From Chrysochromulina tobinii (lineage: Eukaryota), in contig JWZX01003317.1 of NCBI GenBank assembly GCA_001275005.1, positions 1 to 64,000 of the forward strand: DNA of 64,000 bases. The letters are read 5' to 3'. Below, one piece after another: positions 21,702 to 33,123 of the stretch. How positions within the stretch are numbered: position 1 is the first letter of the stretch; each line of letters starts with the position of its first letter. The position numbers were made by a program, and so were the translations under genes. The notes below the pieces were generated by a model, which saw only the letters and a list, made by a program, of their open reading frames with translations, was not told the origin of the DNA and ran no database searches.

Positions 21702-22915
21702 ATGTCAAGCTGGTGGAAGCCTGACGCGAGCCATCAGCAGGCGGCTCATCAGCCCCAGGCAGCATACAAGGGGCGCTCGCCAGCCCACCACGACGATGCG
21801 GACGCTGCGCTTGCAACTGCAAGGCTGGGTGGGGTGCCCGAGGCGCTGCCGCCAGTCCCCAAGCCTGCCGCCCCTTCTGGGCCGCAATACATGCCGCTCA
21901 ATCTCTACTATCCAGGCCTGCAAAAGGTGTACGATAAGCCCCCGATCTACATCGTCGAGGATTTCCTGACGGAAGAGGAGTGCGAAACTCTCAAGGAAAC
22001 TGCCAGGCCACTTCTGCAGCGCTCGAAAACGCACGCCATTGCAGGTAGCGAAGCAACCAAGGGGCGCACGAGTCTGACGTGCCACCTCGCCAAGAAGGCC
22101 CATCCATGCCCGCTCTTGCTCACCAAAATCCAGGCGCTCACTGGCAAGCCATGGGGCCATATGGAGCTGCCGCAGGTCGCGCGCTACACGGATAGCCAGC
22201 GCTACGTAGAGCACTACGACGGCGTTGACCCGCATACGGATGCCGGCCGGGCCTTCTGCGCCAACGGCGGGCAGCGCATATGCACCGTCCTGTGCTACCT
22301 CAACGACGTCCTCGACGGTGGCGCCACGGCCTTCCGGTGCGCTCGAGCCGCCGGACCTCCGATCTTCTCACTCCAAGCGGCTGCTCTTGCGGGCATCGTT
22401 GCTCACGATCTGCCATCTTTCCCCTGTGCGTCTTGCGCCCTGACAGGCGTGTCAAGTTCGAGGTCAGACCCAAAAAGGGCCGCGCGCTCATCTTCTTCCC
22501 GGGATTCATGAACGGCGAGCTCGACACGGACGCGCTGCACGCGGGCATGCCCGCGGTGGATACCAAGTGGGTCTCGCAAGTGTGGATCCGCCAGTCGTTC
22601 CGTGAGGATGGGCAGCCATCGACGCCAGTCCCCGAGAGCGAGCAGACGCTCATCGGGCCGCTGCACGAGGGCTTTTACCGCGGCTGCTGCCTCGCCGGCG
22701 ACGATGTCTATGAGGCTGACATGACCATCGAGGAAGCGAAGGCGTACACGGCCGCACACGACCAGATCCTTGGGTTCACGTACAACACGGTGGCGAAGGA
22801 CCCCAGGGACGAGCGCGGTAACCCGGCGAGGGTAAAAATTTGGTTCAAGTCGAAGTTGAACGTCCTTTACAACGAGACGTGGTGGAGCTACAGCGCTGGC
22901 AGGGGAATGGACTAA
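21702..22915 (+). CDS. Prolyl 4-hydroxylase-like paralogue, 2 exons: 21702-22336, 22447-22915
   Basis: Same motifs as the divergent neighbour; GT..ACAG intron 22337-22446 joins the ORFs (TAFRRVKFEV). Confidence 0.9.
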
Positions 22916-23858
22916 CTGCTGGATATGGGCGCAAGCATCGTGTCAGGCAAGGTGCCGGCAAGACAAGATGCACTGTCCTGAGGGGATGGGGCGTGGGCTA
23001 TAGCTGCGGCCCTCGCCCTGTGCGGCACGAAATCATCGCCGCGATGTAGCGGTTCTCCCATGTAGGATGGACGTTCGACGAGTGGGTAGCAGCTGCAGAC
23101 AGTAGCACTAGCAGCGGACGGAGGCACTGTGTGCAGGCGGACGAGAGGCGGCGCTGCCGGATAGACAGATACGAGAGTCTCCGCGCCCACGTCTCGTCTC
23201 GCGCATGTGCACGAGCGCAAGAGTAAGAGAAAAGTATAAGACGGACGGACCCGACTGCGACGCGCGTCGATAAAAAGTCGCGCGCGGCGGGACCGTCGTC
23301 TCGGGTTACGGGTAGCTCGGGCGCCTGCGCGGCGGCAGTAGCCGGCACGGTCGCTCCTCCTGGTTGCAGGGTCCCGTGACGTCTGTGGTCCGGGTCTGAG
23401 GTCTGGCGAGCGGAGAAGTGTCTGCACTTTAGTCTTGTTTGTGGCCGCGCCGGGGGCTGATCGATTTCGCGACCTCTACACCACGCGCGCGCCGCGGGGC
23501 CGACCCACCGCCCAGCGGCCGCCCTCGCGGCTGACAGCTGCGTCACGACAGGACGGCCTGCAGGAGCCTGGAGCCGCCAGCACGCAATTACACAGCGCCA
23601 GGCAGCAAGCGCCAATCGAGAGCCATTTTGCCGGCATGCGAATGGGCGAGGTGACGCGTACTTTTTGCGTTTTGAGTCGCGTCGCGTCGCCGTTGGGGCG
23701 CCGTCGGCGTCCGTCGGCTCCTCAGTCATCTGCATCCTCACTCGTCACTGCATCACTGCTCACACCGTCGCGCAATCCGGAGCTCAAGGTCATACCCACG
23801 GGCGCCCCGACAGATCTGAACTTCGGCTTCCGTGTACTTCCTTCTCTGGCTGCCACGA

Positions 23859-26800
23859 TCACTTCTGCTGCAAGTAGTTGCTCAGCAGATGATCGAGCTC
23901 TTCTTTCTCTTGGATGCCGGCCTCGAGCCTCTCGAGCCTCTTGAGACGCGCCTCAGCACTCGCGGCCATGCCTGTGCCCATGGAGGCCGAGGACGGCCGG
24001 GCCGAAGCTGAGGGAGGCCGAGGCAGCGCGCTCCCACTGTTGGGCGAGGGCGGCGCCCCGGGGGAGGCGAGGAGGATCCCTTCCATCCCGAGCTGCGCCT
24101 CGAGCTGCCGGAGCCACGCTGTCCTCTCCTCGACAGTGCGCTCGCCCGAATTTCCCAGCGTGCCGCTTGGTGTGGCGCCATGCGACCACTCCGTGTACGG
24201 TCGGTCCTTGGGCAAACCCATGGGACCCAAATCCGTCATTTCCCGTGACGGCGCGTCGCCCCTGCCACTCCCGGGTATCTCGCCCCTGCCCACGCCGTAC
24301 CCGCCCTGAGAGCGCGGGCGCGCCACGGTCACGTCCACGGAGGCATCGCCGTGGTGCAGCGCGTGGAGGCGCGCCGCATACTCGGCCGCGCGCAGCTCCT
24401 GGTCGACGGCATGGCGCTCGAGCGCAGTGCCGGTGCTCTCGGCGACACTCCGACTGCTCTCGCGCGAGTCCATTTCCGCCCGCCGGCCCGTAACGACCTC
24501 AAGACGGCCGTTACTATACGAGGGAGGCGTTCCGTCGGAACGGAGCCATTCTGGCACCCCGTCCGTCTCATCCGCGAGCGGCACGAAGGCACTCTCCGCG
24601 TGCATTGACCCGCGCAGGCTATGGTAGCTCTCGTGCGCCTTTGAACTGCCGCCACCGCCGCCATTCCCACCGCCGCCACCGTGCGCATGGGCATTCCCAC
24701 CGCCGCCGCCGCCGCCGTGGTCGTAGTCATGAATGTCGGCGAAGTTCGGAGCGGCTGCGAAGGCGACGCGGTGGGTAGACTCGGGAGAGCCCTCCGCCAA
24801 CTGGAGTTGACGAAGCCGCTCCTCGGCGCGACGGACGAGCGTATCGAGCCCTGGCGTCCCCGGCAGCTCGGGGGCGGAGGTGGGACGGCCGGAAAAGGGT
24901 CCCGCAGAGGGCGGCCTGGAGCCCTCTCGCGAGTCCGGGCGTGACCTACCGGCTCCTCCTCCTCCGCCGCCGCCGCCGATCGCCCGGCGGCCTGCGCGCG
25001 CACCCTCGTCATAGTGAAGGCGCGCGTCGTCGAGCGCGTCCGCGGCGGCGAGGGAGCGCGTCAGTTCGTCGGCCTCCGGTACCGCCGGCAGCGCGTGCTT
25101 TCTCCCACCCTCCGAGAAGCCCAGGGTCGGCTGCAGCCCCAACCAGGAGGCAGTCGCCTGCGAGCGCAGGGCCTCTTTCTCGGCGCTCTCGGCCGCGAGG
25201 GAGCGGCGGAGCGTCTCCTCAGACGGGTAGAGCAATTCCGAGGCCCCGCGCAGCGAGGAGCGCAGATCCTCGGGTCCGCGCAAGGAGAGGTTCATATCAT
25301 CCTCCAGCCGCGGTGCGGCCGGAGGGCGGGGCGGGGCCGGTAAGCCCACGCCTGGCTGCGCGTACCCCTGCCCCTCCTGCGCTCCATAGGTCGGGTGCAC
25401 CAGAGGTGACCATCCGCGCTCGTCGCCGCCGATCATCGGCCCACCGATCGCGCCCGCAACCGCAGCCGTTGCCGCACCAGGCAGCCGCAGCCGCGCCAGA
25501 GCTGCCTCCACCTCGGGGGCAGGCACCGGCAGCTGCGCCCGTGGCGGCGCCTCGTAGGTGGGGTCGAGGTACGGCGTACGCAGTACCGACTCGGAGAGGG
25601 CGGAGTCGCAGCGGCGCTCACCCTCCGCGGGCGACGGCTTGGCGAGCTTCGATTTGAGCGCGATCTGCTCCGTGTGCAGCTGCTGGTACTGCCTGGCCAT
25701 TGCGGCGCGAAGCTGCTCATTCTGCTGGCGCAACGCCTCCATCTGCTCGGCTTGCTCCGCCTGCGCCTGCAGTGCGAGGCTCTCCGCGCGCGCGAGCTGC
25801 TCCGCCTGCGCCCTCTGGATCTGCTGCTGCTGCTGTCGCATCTGCTCGAGCTCGCGTCGAGATTGATGCGAGAACAGCTCGAACTCACGCCGCGTCTCAG
25901 ACGTGACCGCCGCCGGCGCACCGCCCGGCGCGCCGCTGCCCTCGGCCTCTGCGCCGCTCTCCATCCAGCCGTCGCCGCCGAGCACCCCCGCTTGGCTTCG
26001 GCTGGTGCGCCGCCCCTGCGGACCGCCGACGCCGTCTCGGAGCTCGTCCGCCACGGGGGGCGCCCTGCCCGCGCCGGCTGGCAGCAGCCCCTGCCGTTCA
26101 CGCTGCTCCTTCTCCTCCATCTTGCGGTGGTACTCCACCGCCTGTTGCGCCATTCGCTCCTCATACGTCATGCACGTGGTGGGCGCGCCGTCTTGGGCAC
26201 CGCCCGCGCCGCCCGCGCCGCCCGCGCCGCCGCCTCGTGGAGGAGACCTGGCGAGCCCGCCGGGTGCGGAGCCCTCAGCCGCATGACCGCCCGCCTTCTT
26301 GTCCATCTTGGACTTCTCCTTTCGCCGCTGCTCCTCCTTTTCGGCCTCGAACTGGACGCGCAGCTCCTCGCGCTCGCGCTCGAGCTTGGCGAGCTCTCGC
26401 AGCTCCTCCTCACGCTCGGCCTGCTGGCGGAGCTGCTTCTCGCGCCGCTTCTGCTCCACCTGCTCGGCGAGCGCGCGCTGCATCTCGGTCTGCTGCGCCG
26501 CGCGCGCCGCCAACTCCTCTGGCGGCGTCAGGTCGGTGATCTTAGCCTTCCACTGGCCAGGCCCGCCTACCGGGCTCGTCGGCCCGGCCGCACCCGCCGG
26601 CTCGGACGCGGCGTGCCCAAAGATGTCGTGAGTGGGGAAACGGTCTTGCTTGAAGCGCACCTTGTCCGCTTCCTTGCGTTGCTTCTCGAGCACCACCTGC
26701 TGCGCGAGCTCCTCGGCATAGCGCGCGCGCGCCGATTGCCGGTCGCCACCTTCCTTATCGTGTCGATCTTGCTCCGACTCGAAAGCGTACCCTCCGCCCT

Positions 26801-27462
26801 GGCGTGTCTTCTCTTTGAGGCCTTTCTCTCTCATCTGGTGCTCAAGTGCGGCTGCGTATTCCTGCTGCTCCTGATGCCGCTTGCGCACCTGCTGCTCGCG
26901 CTCGCCGCCACCGCCGCTTAGAATGTCACCGCCGCCGCCGCCGCCGCCGCCGAAGATGTCGCCTCCGCCGCGTACGAATTCGCCGCGCCGCAAGCCTCCT
27001 TGGCGCTCCTCTTGGCGCTCATGCATCTGCTGGTGGAGGTCTTGCGCATATTCCTGCTGCTGACGACGGCGTGCGTCCCCTTGAGGACCGCCGCCGCCAC
27101 CACCAAACACGTCGCCGCCACCACCACCACCATCGCCGCCGCCGCCGCCGCCGCCACTTCCCCTGCGCTGCTCGCGGCTCTCCTTATCTCGCCGCTCGCG
27201 TTCAAGCCTCTGCTGCTCGAGTGCCTGCGCGTACTCCATCTGCTGCCGCCGCTTGGCGTCGATGGGATCGCCGCCGCCTCCGCCTCCGCCAAAGACGTCA
27301 CCCCCGACGTCACGCTCCTGCACGGCGCCGCGGCGCAGCAGTGCGCCATGGCCCTCGCGCGCTTGCTTAGCCGCCACCTGTTCCTCGAGCGCATGCGCAT
27401 ATTCCTGCTGTTGCCGCTTGCGCAACTGCTGCTCGCGCTCGCCGCCGCCGCCGCTCAAAATA

Positions 27463-27520
<58 letters not shown>

Positions 27521-29024
27521 GATCCCCACCGCTGCCGCGCCGCCCCTGGGCTTGGCGCTCGTACACCTGCTGTTCCAGAGCTAGAGCATACTCTTGCTGC
27601 TGCCGCCGCTTGGCGTCCGCCGCTGCGCCGCCGCCACCAAACACGTCGCCGCCGCGGCCGCCCGGCGATCCAAAGCCGTCGTCGCGCCGCCCCTGCGCCG
27701 CCGCCTGCTGCCGCTGCTGCACCTGCTTCTCGAGCGCTTGCGCATACTCCTGCTGCTGCTGTCGACGCGTGGCGTCCGCCCCCGAGCCGCCGCCACCAAA
27801 CACATCGCCGCCACCACCACCAGCATCGCCGCCGCCGCCGCCACTTCCCCTGCGCTGCTCGCGGCTCTCCTTATCACGCCGCTCGCGTTCAAGCCTCTGC
27901 TGCTCGAGTGCCTGCCCGTACTCCATCTGCTGCCGCCGCTTGGCGTCGATGGGATCGCCCAACGCTTGCGGTGTCGCAAGTGGCGGCGCGTACTGCTGCG
28001 GCGGCGCGTACTGCTGCGGCGGCGGCGCGTACTGCTGCGGCGGCGGCGCGTACTGCTGCGGCGGCGGCGCGTACTGCTGCGGCGGCGGCGCGTACTGCTG
28101 CTGCGGCGGCGCGTACTGCTGCTGCTGCGGCGGCGGCGGCTGCTGCTGCTGCTGCGGCGGCGGCGGCGGCGGCGGCCGCGGCTGTGTGGAGCGCAGCCGC
28201 TGGCGTCCAAACTTTTGATCGCCAAGCGAGTGGAGTTGGTCCAGCTCCGAAGGCGGGGGCGGAGGGCCTTGGTCGGCCGTCGGCATCTCGTTAAGTGCAT
28301 CGCCGAAGCCGCCGAAGCCGCCACGCTGCGTGCGGCCAAAGTCGGGTGGCCCCGGCGGCGGTGGTGGCCCCAGGTGTCCTTGACTCAAGGGAAGTTGGAA
28401 CTGCCCTTGGCGCACAGCCTCGGCGTGCGCATCTGCGACGGCGCGTGGGTCGCCCCGCGGCCCGTCAGGCTCGAAGCGACCACCGCCGGGCGCGCGCGAC
28501 CCCACAACCCTCGGCTCGGGCGGCGGTTCCTGTCCGCCGGCAGCCTTGCGCTCGCGCTCGATGCGCTTCTTCTCCCACATCTCATCGCGCTTGGATTTGG
28601 CCGTCGCAGCAGGCGCAGCGGCAGGGACCGGTCTATTGAGTGCCGCCGCGTTGGCGGCCGCGCCGGAAAACAGGTCGGGCGCAAACAGGCGGTTGCCGCC
28701 ACCAGCCATGGGCGAGGACGGCGCCTGCCCACCCCGAGGAGGGAGAGGCGGATCGCCTCGAGGGCGCGGCGGAGGTGCTGGCGCGCCGCGCTGAACCATA
28801 GGCGGGCCAACTGGCCCGCCGCCCAGTGACAACTCGCTTGGATCCAGGCCGATGGCCCGAGCCTCAGCGAGCAATCTGCTTTCCTGTTCGCGCACGTAGG
28901 AGTCGTCAGCGTTGTTTTGACGCATGTGCTTGAGGTTATCAGCCTTATCGCGGAGTAGCTGCTGCTGCTGTTGCCGCCGCTTGGCTTGCACCTGCTGATC
29001 GAGGTCGGCAGTGTAGGACGCCAT
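23859..29024 (-). CDS. Large low-complexity CCDC66/CSPP1-like (putative centrosomal/ciliary) protein
   Basis: 1721-codon ORF; repeated QQEYAxALEQQ helices; QRALAEQVEQKRREK...EREEE..E..KLERERE.L..QFE.E resembles the CCDC66 domain. Confidence 0.65.
27983..28140 (-). repeat. Coding ~21-bp tandem repeat (QQYAPPP)n
   Basis: ggcggcggcgcgtactgctgc units, ~7 copies. Confidence 0.9.
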
Positions 29025-29143
29025 CAGGCGGCGGGCGGGAGAATTCCGCGCCTGGACAGTTGGCGCTCTCGTGTGAGAGCTTGCGCCAGTGGACGCGTGA
29101 ATGTTAACACGACAAACACTACCGGTACGGGATGTTACTGACG

Positions 29144-29708
29144 CGTGTGAAAGTTAACACGACAGACGCGACAACCGGTGCTACGGTTATGTTACAGCCC
29201 GCTCAGAATACAATTGTAGTACAAGTATTGTACGCCTTACACGACCCCATAGAAACGGAGCATGCGCTCGCGCTGGCCGCTGCCGCTGGCGGCGTTGAGG
29301 AACATGTTGAGTCCTTCGATTCTGATCGCGATTTTGTAGTCGTCCTGCTGTGTCGATGCATGTGTTCGTTTTTTGCGCGTGAAATGCGCAAGGAAATGCG
29401 AACAGCTTAGTCGCTTCAGCATTGTCTTCAGCCAATGGTTAGTTGGTTACCGGTACGTGTGTGTCCCGGGCTCCCGGCTGCCCCCGGTGTCTTTTTGCCG
29501 GAACATGTATCTCGTGTGTCCGGCTCCCCCGGTGTGCTTGCCCCGGTGTTTTTGAACCGGCACCGTACATGTACAATTGTAGTGAGCGCGGGGGGACCGC
29601 GACGAAACTGACTGACTGGTACCGGTAAAAAGACACCGGGGGGAGCCGGGACACACACGGGACACGCGTAGCACCGGCTGTTGCGTCTTTCGTGTTAACG
29701 TTCACGCG
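29144..29708. mobile_element. MITE-like element with 42-bp imperfect inverted ends and internal subrepeats
   Basis: 29144-29185 and reverse complement of 29667-29708 match at 37/42; GTGTCCCGGCTCCCCCGGTGT variants at ~29461, ~29516 and inverted ~29633; no clear TSD found. Confidence 0.6.
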
Positions 29709-29793
29709 GACGCACAGTATTCATATCCAAAACGGTACCGTACTGTTCGTCTTTAGAAATCACATCTTCGACTCGCAATACCGGCATTTGATC

Positions 29794-31116
29794 ATGGGCT
29801 TCGACCCGGCCACGGGCGTCTGGCTCGGGAGGTGCCTTCACGCGGAGTGGCTTGGAATTGATGTGGAGACTTGCTGCCTGTCGCTCAACATTGCGCCCTC
29901 CATGTATTCCATGTTCTTCATGTGCATAATCATCGGCTGCGCCTCGTGGGCTTGGCTCGCCTTCTTTCTGCTGACGGGTCCGACCATGTTTGTGTTCATC
30001 ATCTACGTCGCCGTGGCCGACAGCGAGCCATGCCTGTCGATCGGGTTGACTGTCCAAGCCCTCTCCATCTGCCTCGCCATGGTCGCGCTTGCGCATCGAT
30101 GCTGCAGCTTCCAGCGCCACGGGGCACAAGCGGCTGAAGGCATGGACCCAGTGGACCCACCTCGCTTTGCGGACGTTCTAACGGACGCAGTTGCCGAAGT
30201 TCTCACGCCGCGCGGAGGTCAGCGCTCATCGCGTTCGGAGCAGCCGCTTGGGCTTGGGGCGCCACGGCTGACGCCCCGTGGCACATTTCGGACGGTGTCG
30301 TCGTCCGCGCTCACGCCTCGTGGCGATGGCTGCTACGCCCCTCGCGGCGGCGGTGGCTTGAGCACGCCACGTGAGAGCCATGGCGCCGTCTCGTACCGTG
30401 CGCAGGTGCAGCAGCCACAACCACTCCCGCCAGCCGTGTTTTCGCCGCCGTATGCTTCTGCGAGCCATCGTAGCCCCCCGAGCCATCGGGAGGCGGCAAG
30501 CATGCAGAGCCATCGGGAGGCGGCAAGCATGCAGAGCCATCGGGAGGCGGCATGGATGCAGAGCCATCGGGAGGCGGCATGGATGCAGGGGCAGTACGTG
30601 CAGGCCCAAGGCCAGTACGTGCAGGGTCATCCAGTTCCGCTATCTGCGCAGACATCGCCCGGCCAGCTGGTGGAGACGGAGATGTTGCAGGTGCAGTTGC
30701 AGATGCAGATGGCGCAGCAGCACGCGCTGCATGAGTCGATCCAGCGCACGGCGATCATGCTCGAGACGGCGCGTGAGCAAGAGAGCCACCGGGGCATGGC
30801 CAGCCACCGGGGGGGCATGGAGCCATCCTGGCCGTCGCCCCATGCTCAGCAATACGTGCCGCACCCCGCGGCTATGTACCCCAAGGAACATTACGCCTCG
30901 CCCGACCTGGCGAACACTTGGATGCAGAACGCCCACTTGCCACCAGCGGCCGCGTACGCCGTGCAAGGCATAGGCTGGGACGCGCTCAAGGGTGGCGGGG
31001 CCAATGATGATGACGGGGACGTTGATTTTGACGAGCTTCGACGTGAAGCTCGTAAAAGCTCGTCGGGCAAGCACGCGTCAGGAGCCCCGTCTGAAAGCGG
31101 ATACACATCAGCTTGA
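29794..31116 (+). CDS. Hypothetical membrane protein (3-4 N-terminal TM helices, disordered tail with TPR/SHR tripeptide repeats)
   Basis: Hydrophobic N-terminus; 27-bp repeat (MQSHREAAx) x4 at 30481-30587; 3' end uncertain. Confidence 0.65.
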   Translation: MGFDPATGVWLGRCLHAEWLGIDVETCCLSLNIAPSMYSMFFMCIIIGCASWAWLAFFLLTGPTMFVFIIYVAVADSEPCLSIGLTVQALSICLAMVALAHRCCSFQRHGAQAAEGMDPVDPPRFADVLTDAVAEVLTPRGGQRSSRSEQPLGLGAPRLTPRGTFRTVSSSALTPRGDGCYAPRGGGGLSTPRESHGAVSYRAQVQQPQPLPPAVFSPPYASASHRSPPSHREAASMQSHREAASMQSHREAAWMQSHREAAWMQGQYVQAQGQYVQGHPVPLSAQTSPGQLVETEMLQVQLQMQMAQQHALHESIQRTAIMLETAREQESHRGMASHRGGMEPSWPSPHAQQYVPHPAAMYPKEHYASPDLANTWMQNAHLPPAAAYAVQGIGWDALKGGGANDDDGDVDFDELRREARKSSSGKHASGAPSESGYTSA

Positions 31117-31548
31117 TTTCGACGAGCTTCGGAACGATGTGGCGTGCCCTTCGCGCGAGAGCCTCTCCGGGAGAGCGACCGCGAAGCGCGATACTGTGCT
31201 GATCGACGCGCCACCCAACACGCAGCAGCGACCCGACCTACAGCAGGCCGCCGCGGAGGTGGAGGTGAGCTCTCCCACGCTCTCCCCCCGCGAGACGAGG
31301 AAACGAAAGGTTACGAATATCAGGATGGTAGTCAGTAAGTTATACTCACTTAAATCAGTCCTCACTCCACCGAGCACACGGTGCACCCTGCACCGTCCCT
31401 TCACGGAAGCAACCTGGGGGCGGGGGGGGATGGGTCAGATGTGGGAGACGAGGACGATATGATATGTGACCAAGCTAACGTTAGTCGAAACACAAGTATC
31501 TATACAAACGCAATCGGGTGCTGGTTGCTTGCGGTGCTATAAACACGC

Positions 31549-32862
31549 ATGCACCGGCATGCATCCTTTGCTTCCTTCGAAAAGCATCTCAGTTTCGTCT
31601 TTCGTGACGCGAGAGTGAGGACCAGTGGCAGGCGGAGAAGGAAGTTCATCGTAAAGCCGATGGACGCCGTCTGCCTGCCTTCACCATGCAGGGCATTGCG
31701 TGCCAACTCGGACTACCCCTTGCCATGTGAGAACAGCTCATTCACGCCATTTGCATTTCCAGTAGGCTTGCAGTACCGCCATCCTGATCTTGCACCCTGC
31801 CCAGCGCCGGGAGAGTTAGGTGTGCACAATGCGTGGCTTCCCGTGACACATACATGTCCAGCAGGTTCAAAAGGGGCGCGCGGCCTCTGGATGTACTACG
31901 CACGAGGATGCAGTGACATGCTCTGGAATGTGGGACGCACGCTCTTTGCCAGGAATCGCTGCCATGCGGCGCTTCTCTTGGAGCAACTCGATCGTGCTGG
32001 CTGCAACGAACGGGAGGCTGCGAGACGCGCAGCAGCAGGCATGTCACTACGAAACTTCCCCGAACTTAACTTGGTACGTTTCCGTGCTGGCAGCTGGCTC
32101 GGCATGCATAACGCGAGCATGGCCGAGCTTCTCAACGAGTGTGCGCGTGGCATGTTTGGCAACTGCTCTGGATCTACTTGGAACCCGAACGATGGCACGC
32201 TCAACATGTGCACGTGCATGACCCAATCCATCCACGGCCGGGCACGTCCCTGGCGTATGTCGAGCAGGCGACGAGCGTTGGTGCTCAGCGCCCTGGCGGG
32301 CTCCGACGCGCTCGGCCCTCGAATTGGGACTTTGCTTCGGAAGCACTCGTTTGACTCATTGCAGCTCTGGCAGCAGCCGCAAGGTGGTGGCTCGCTCTTC
32401 TGGACGACGGAACTTTGGGATGTTCGGGAGCTTCAGATGAAGACTCCGGCGCTGGAGACGCACCTGGGCTCAAAGTCACTCGACGGGCGCGCCAAGCTCG
32501 CCCGCCACTTCGCTGACGATGGGTCCTCATCTGAGACGTGCAAACCGACCCCTCGCTTTGTCGAGTGCATGGCATGCGCTCACTCTTCCCTCGCGACCGC
32601 CTGCGATTATGAGATTGCGGCATTCAATGAAAGCATACTGGTGACACAGGCGTGGGAAGTTGCGAAAATGAACAACAGTCGGCTGTTGTTGCGGACCCGC
32701 ATGTCTCGACTGGAGCAAGCCGTCATCACCTACGCCAGCCAGGTACTGCCTCATAAGAGCGCACAGAGTCACCCCACCGCTGGCACGAGCCGGAAATGGG
32801 AGCTCGTGAGGAAGCTTATTAACGCCGCAACGACCAACGTTGCAACCGCACCGACGAAGTAG
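31549..32862 (+). CDS. Hypothetical Cys-containing protein
   Basis: 437-codon ORF between AT-richer spacers; complex sequence (LWMYYARGCSDMLWNVGRT); no family recognised with certainty. Confidence 0.6.
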   Translation: MHRHASFASFEKHLSFVFRDARVRTSGRRRRKFIVKPMDAVCLPSPCRALRANSDYPLPCENSSFTPFAFPVGLQYRHPDLAPCPAPGELGVHNAWLPVTHTCPAGSKGARGLWMYYARGCSDMLWNVGRTLFARNRCHAALLLEQLDRAGCNEREAARRAAAGMSLRNFPELNLVRFRAGSWLGMHNASMAELLNECARGMFGNCSGSTWNPNDGTLNMCTCMTQSIHGRARPWRMSSRRRALVLSALAGSDALGPRIGTLLRKHSFDSLQLWQQPQGGGSLFWTTELWDVRELQMKTPALETHLGSKSLDGRAKLARHFADDGSSSETCKPTPRFVECMACAHSSLATACDYEIAAFNESILVTQAWEVAKMNNSRLLLRTRMSRLEQAVITYASQVLPHKSAQSHPTAGTSRKWELVRKLINAATTNVATAPTK

Positions 32863-33123
32863 GACCCAGTGAGATTTACGTTATCTGTGAACGACCTAAT
32901 TGCGTCGACATGTGTACATCCTACTTCCTACAACCTAATATACAGGAGTACGTATTCTTGTGAGGCGAGGGTTTGGGATAGCAGTCAACTCGTTTTCGAC
33001 TTGACAAATCAATCACATTTTTTCTCGAGGACCGGACCCGTTAGCGGCCACTCTGTGGGATACACCGTTTCCTCTACTCCATAATGCATAAAATCTCGAC
33101 GAGTAGCGTTTCTTACGGCGTAC

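Noticed and set aside
22998..23741. 247-aa minus ORF between P4H and the CCDC66-like gene
   Set aside because: Arg/Ala-rich with no codon pattern or domain; probably non-coding or UTR
27983..28140. Regular repeats that might look CRISPR-like (also 30481-30587, 37161-37225)
   Set aside because: In-frame coding tandem repeats without unique spacers; no cas genes
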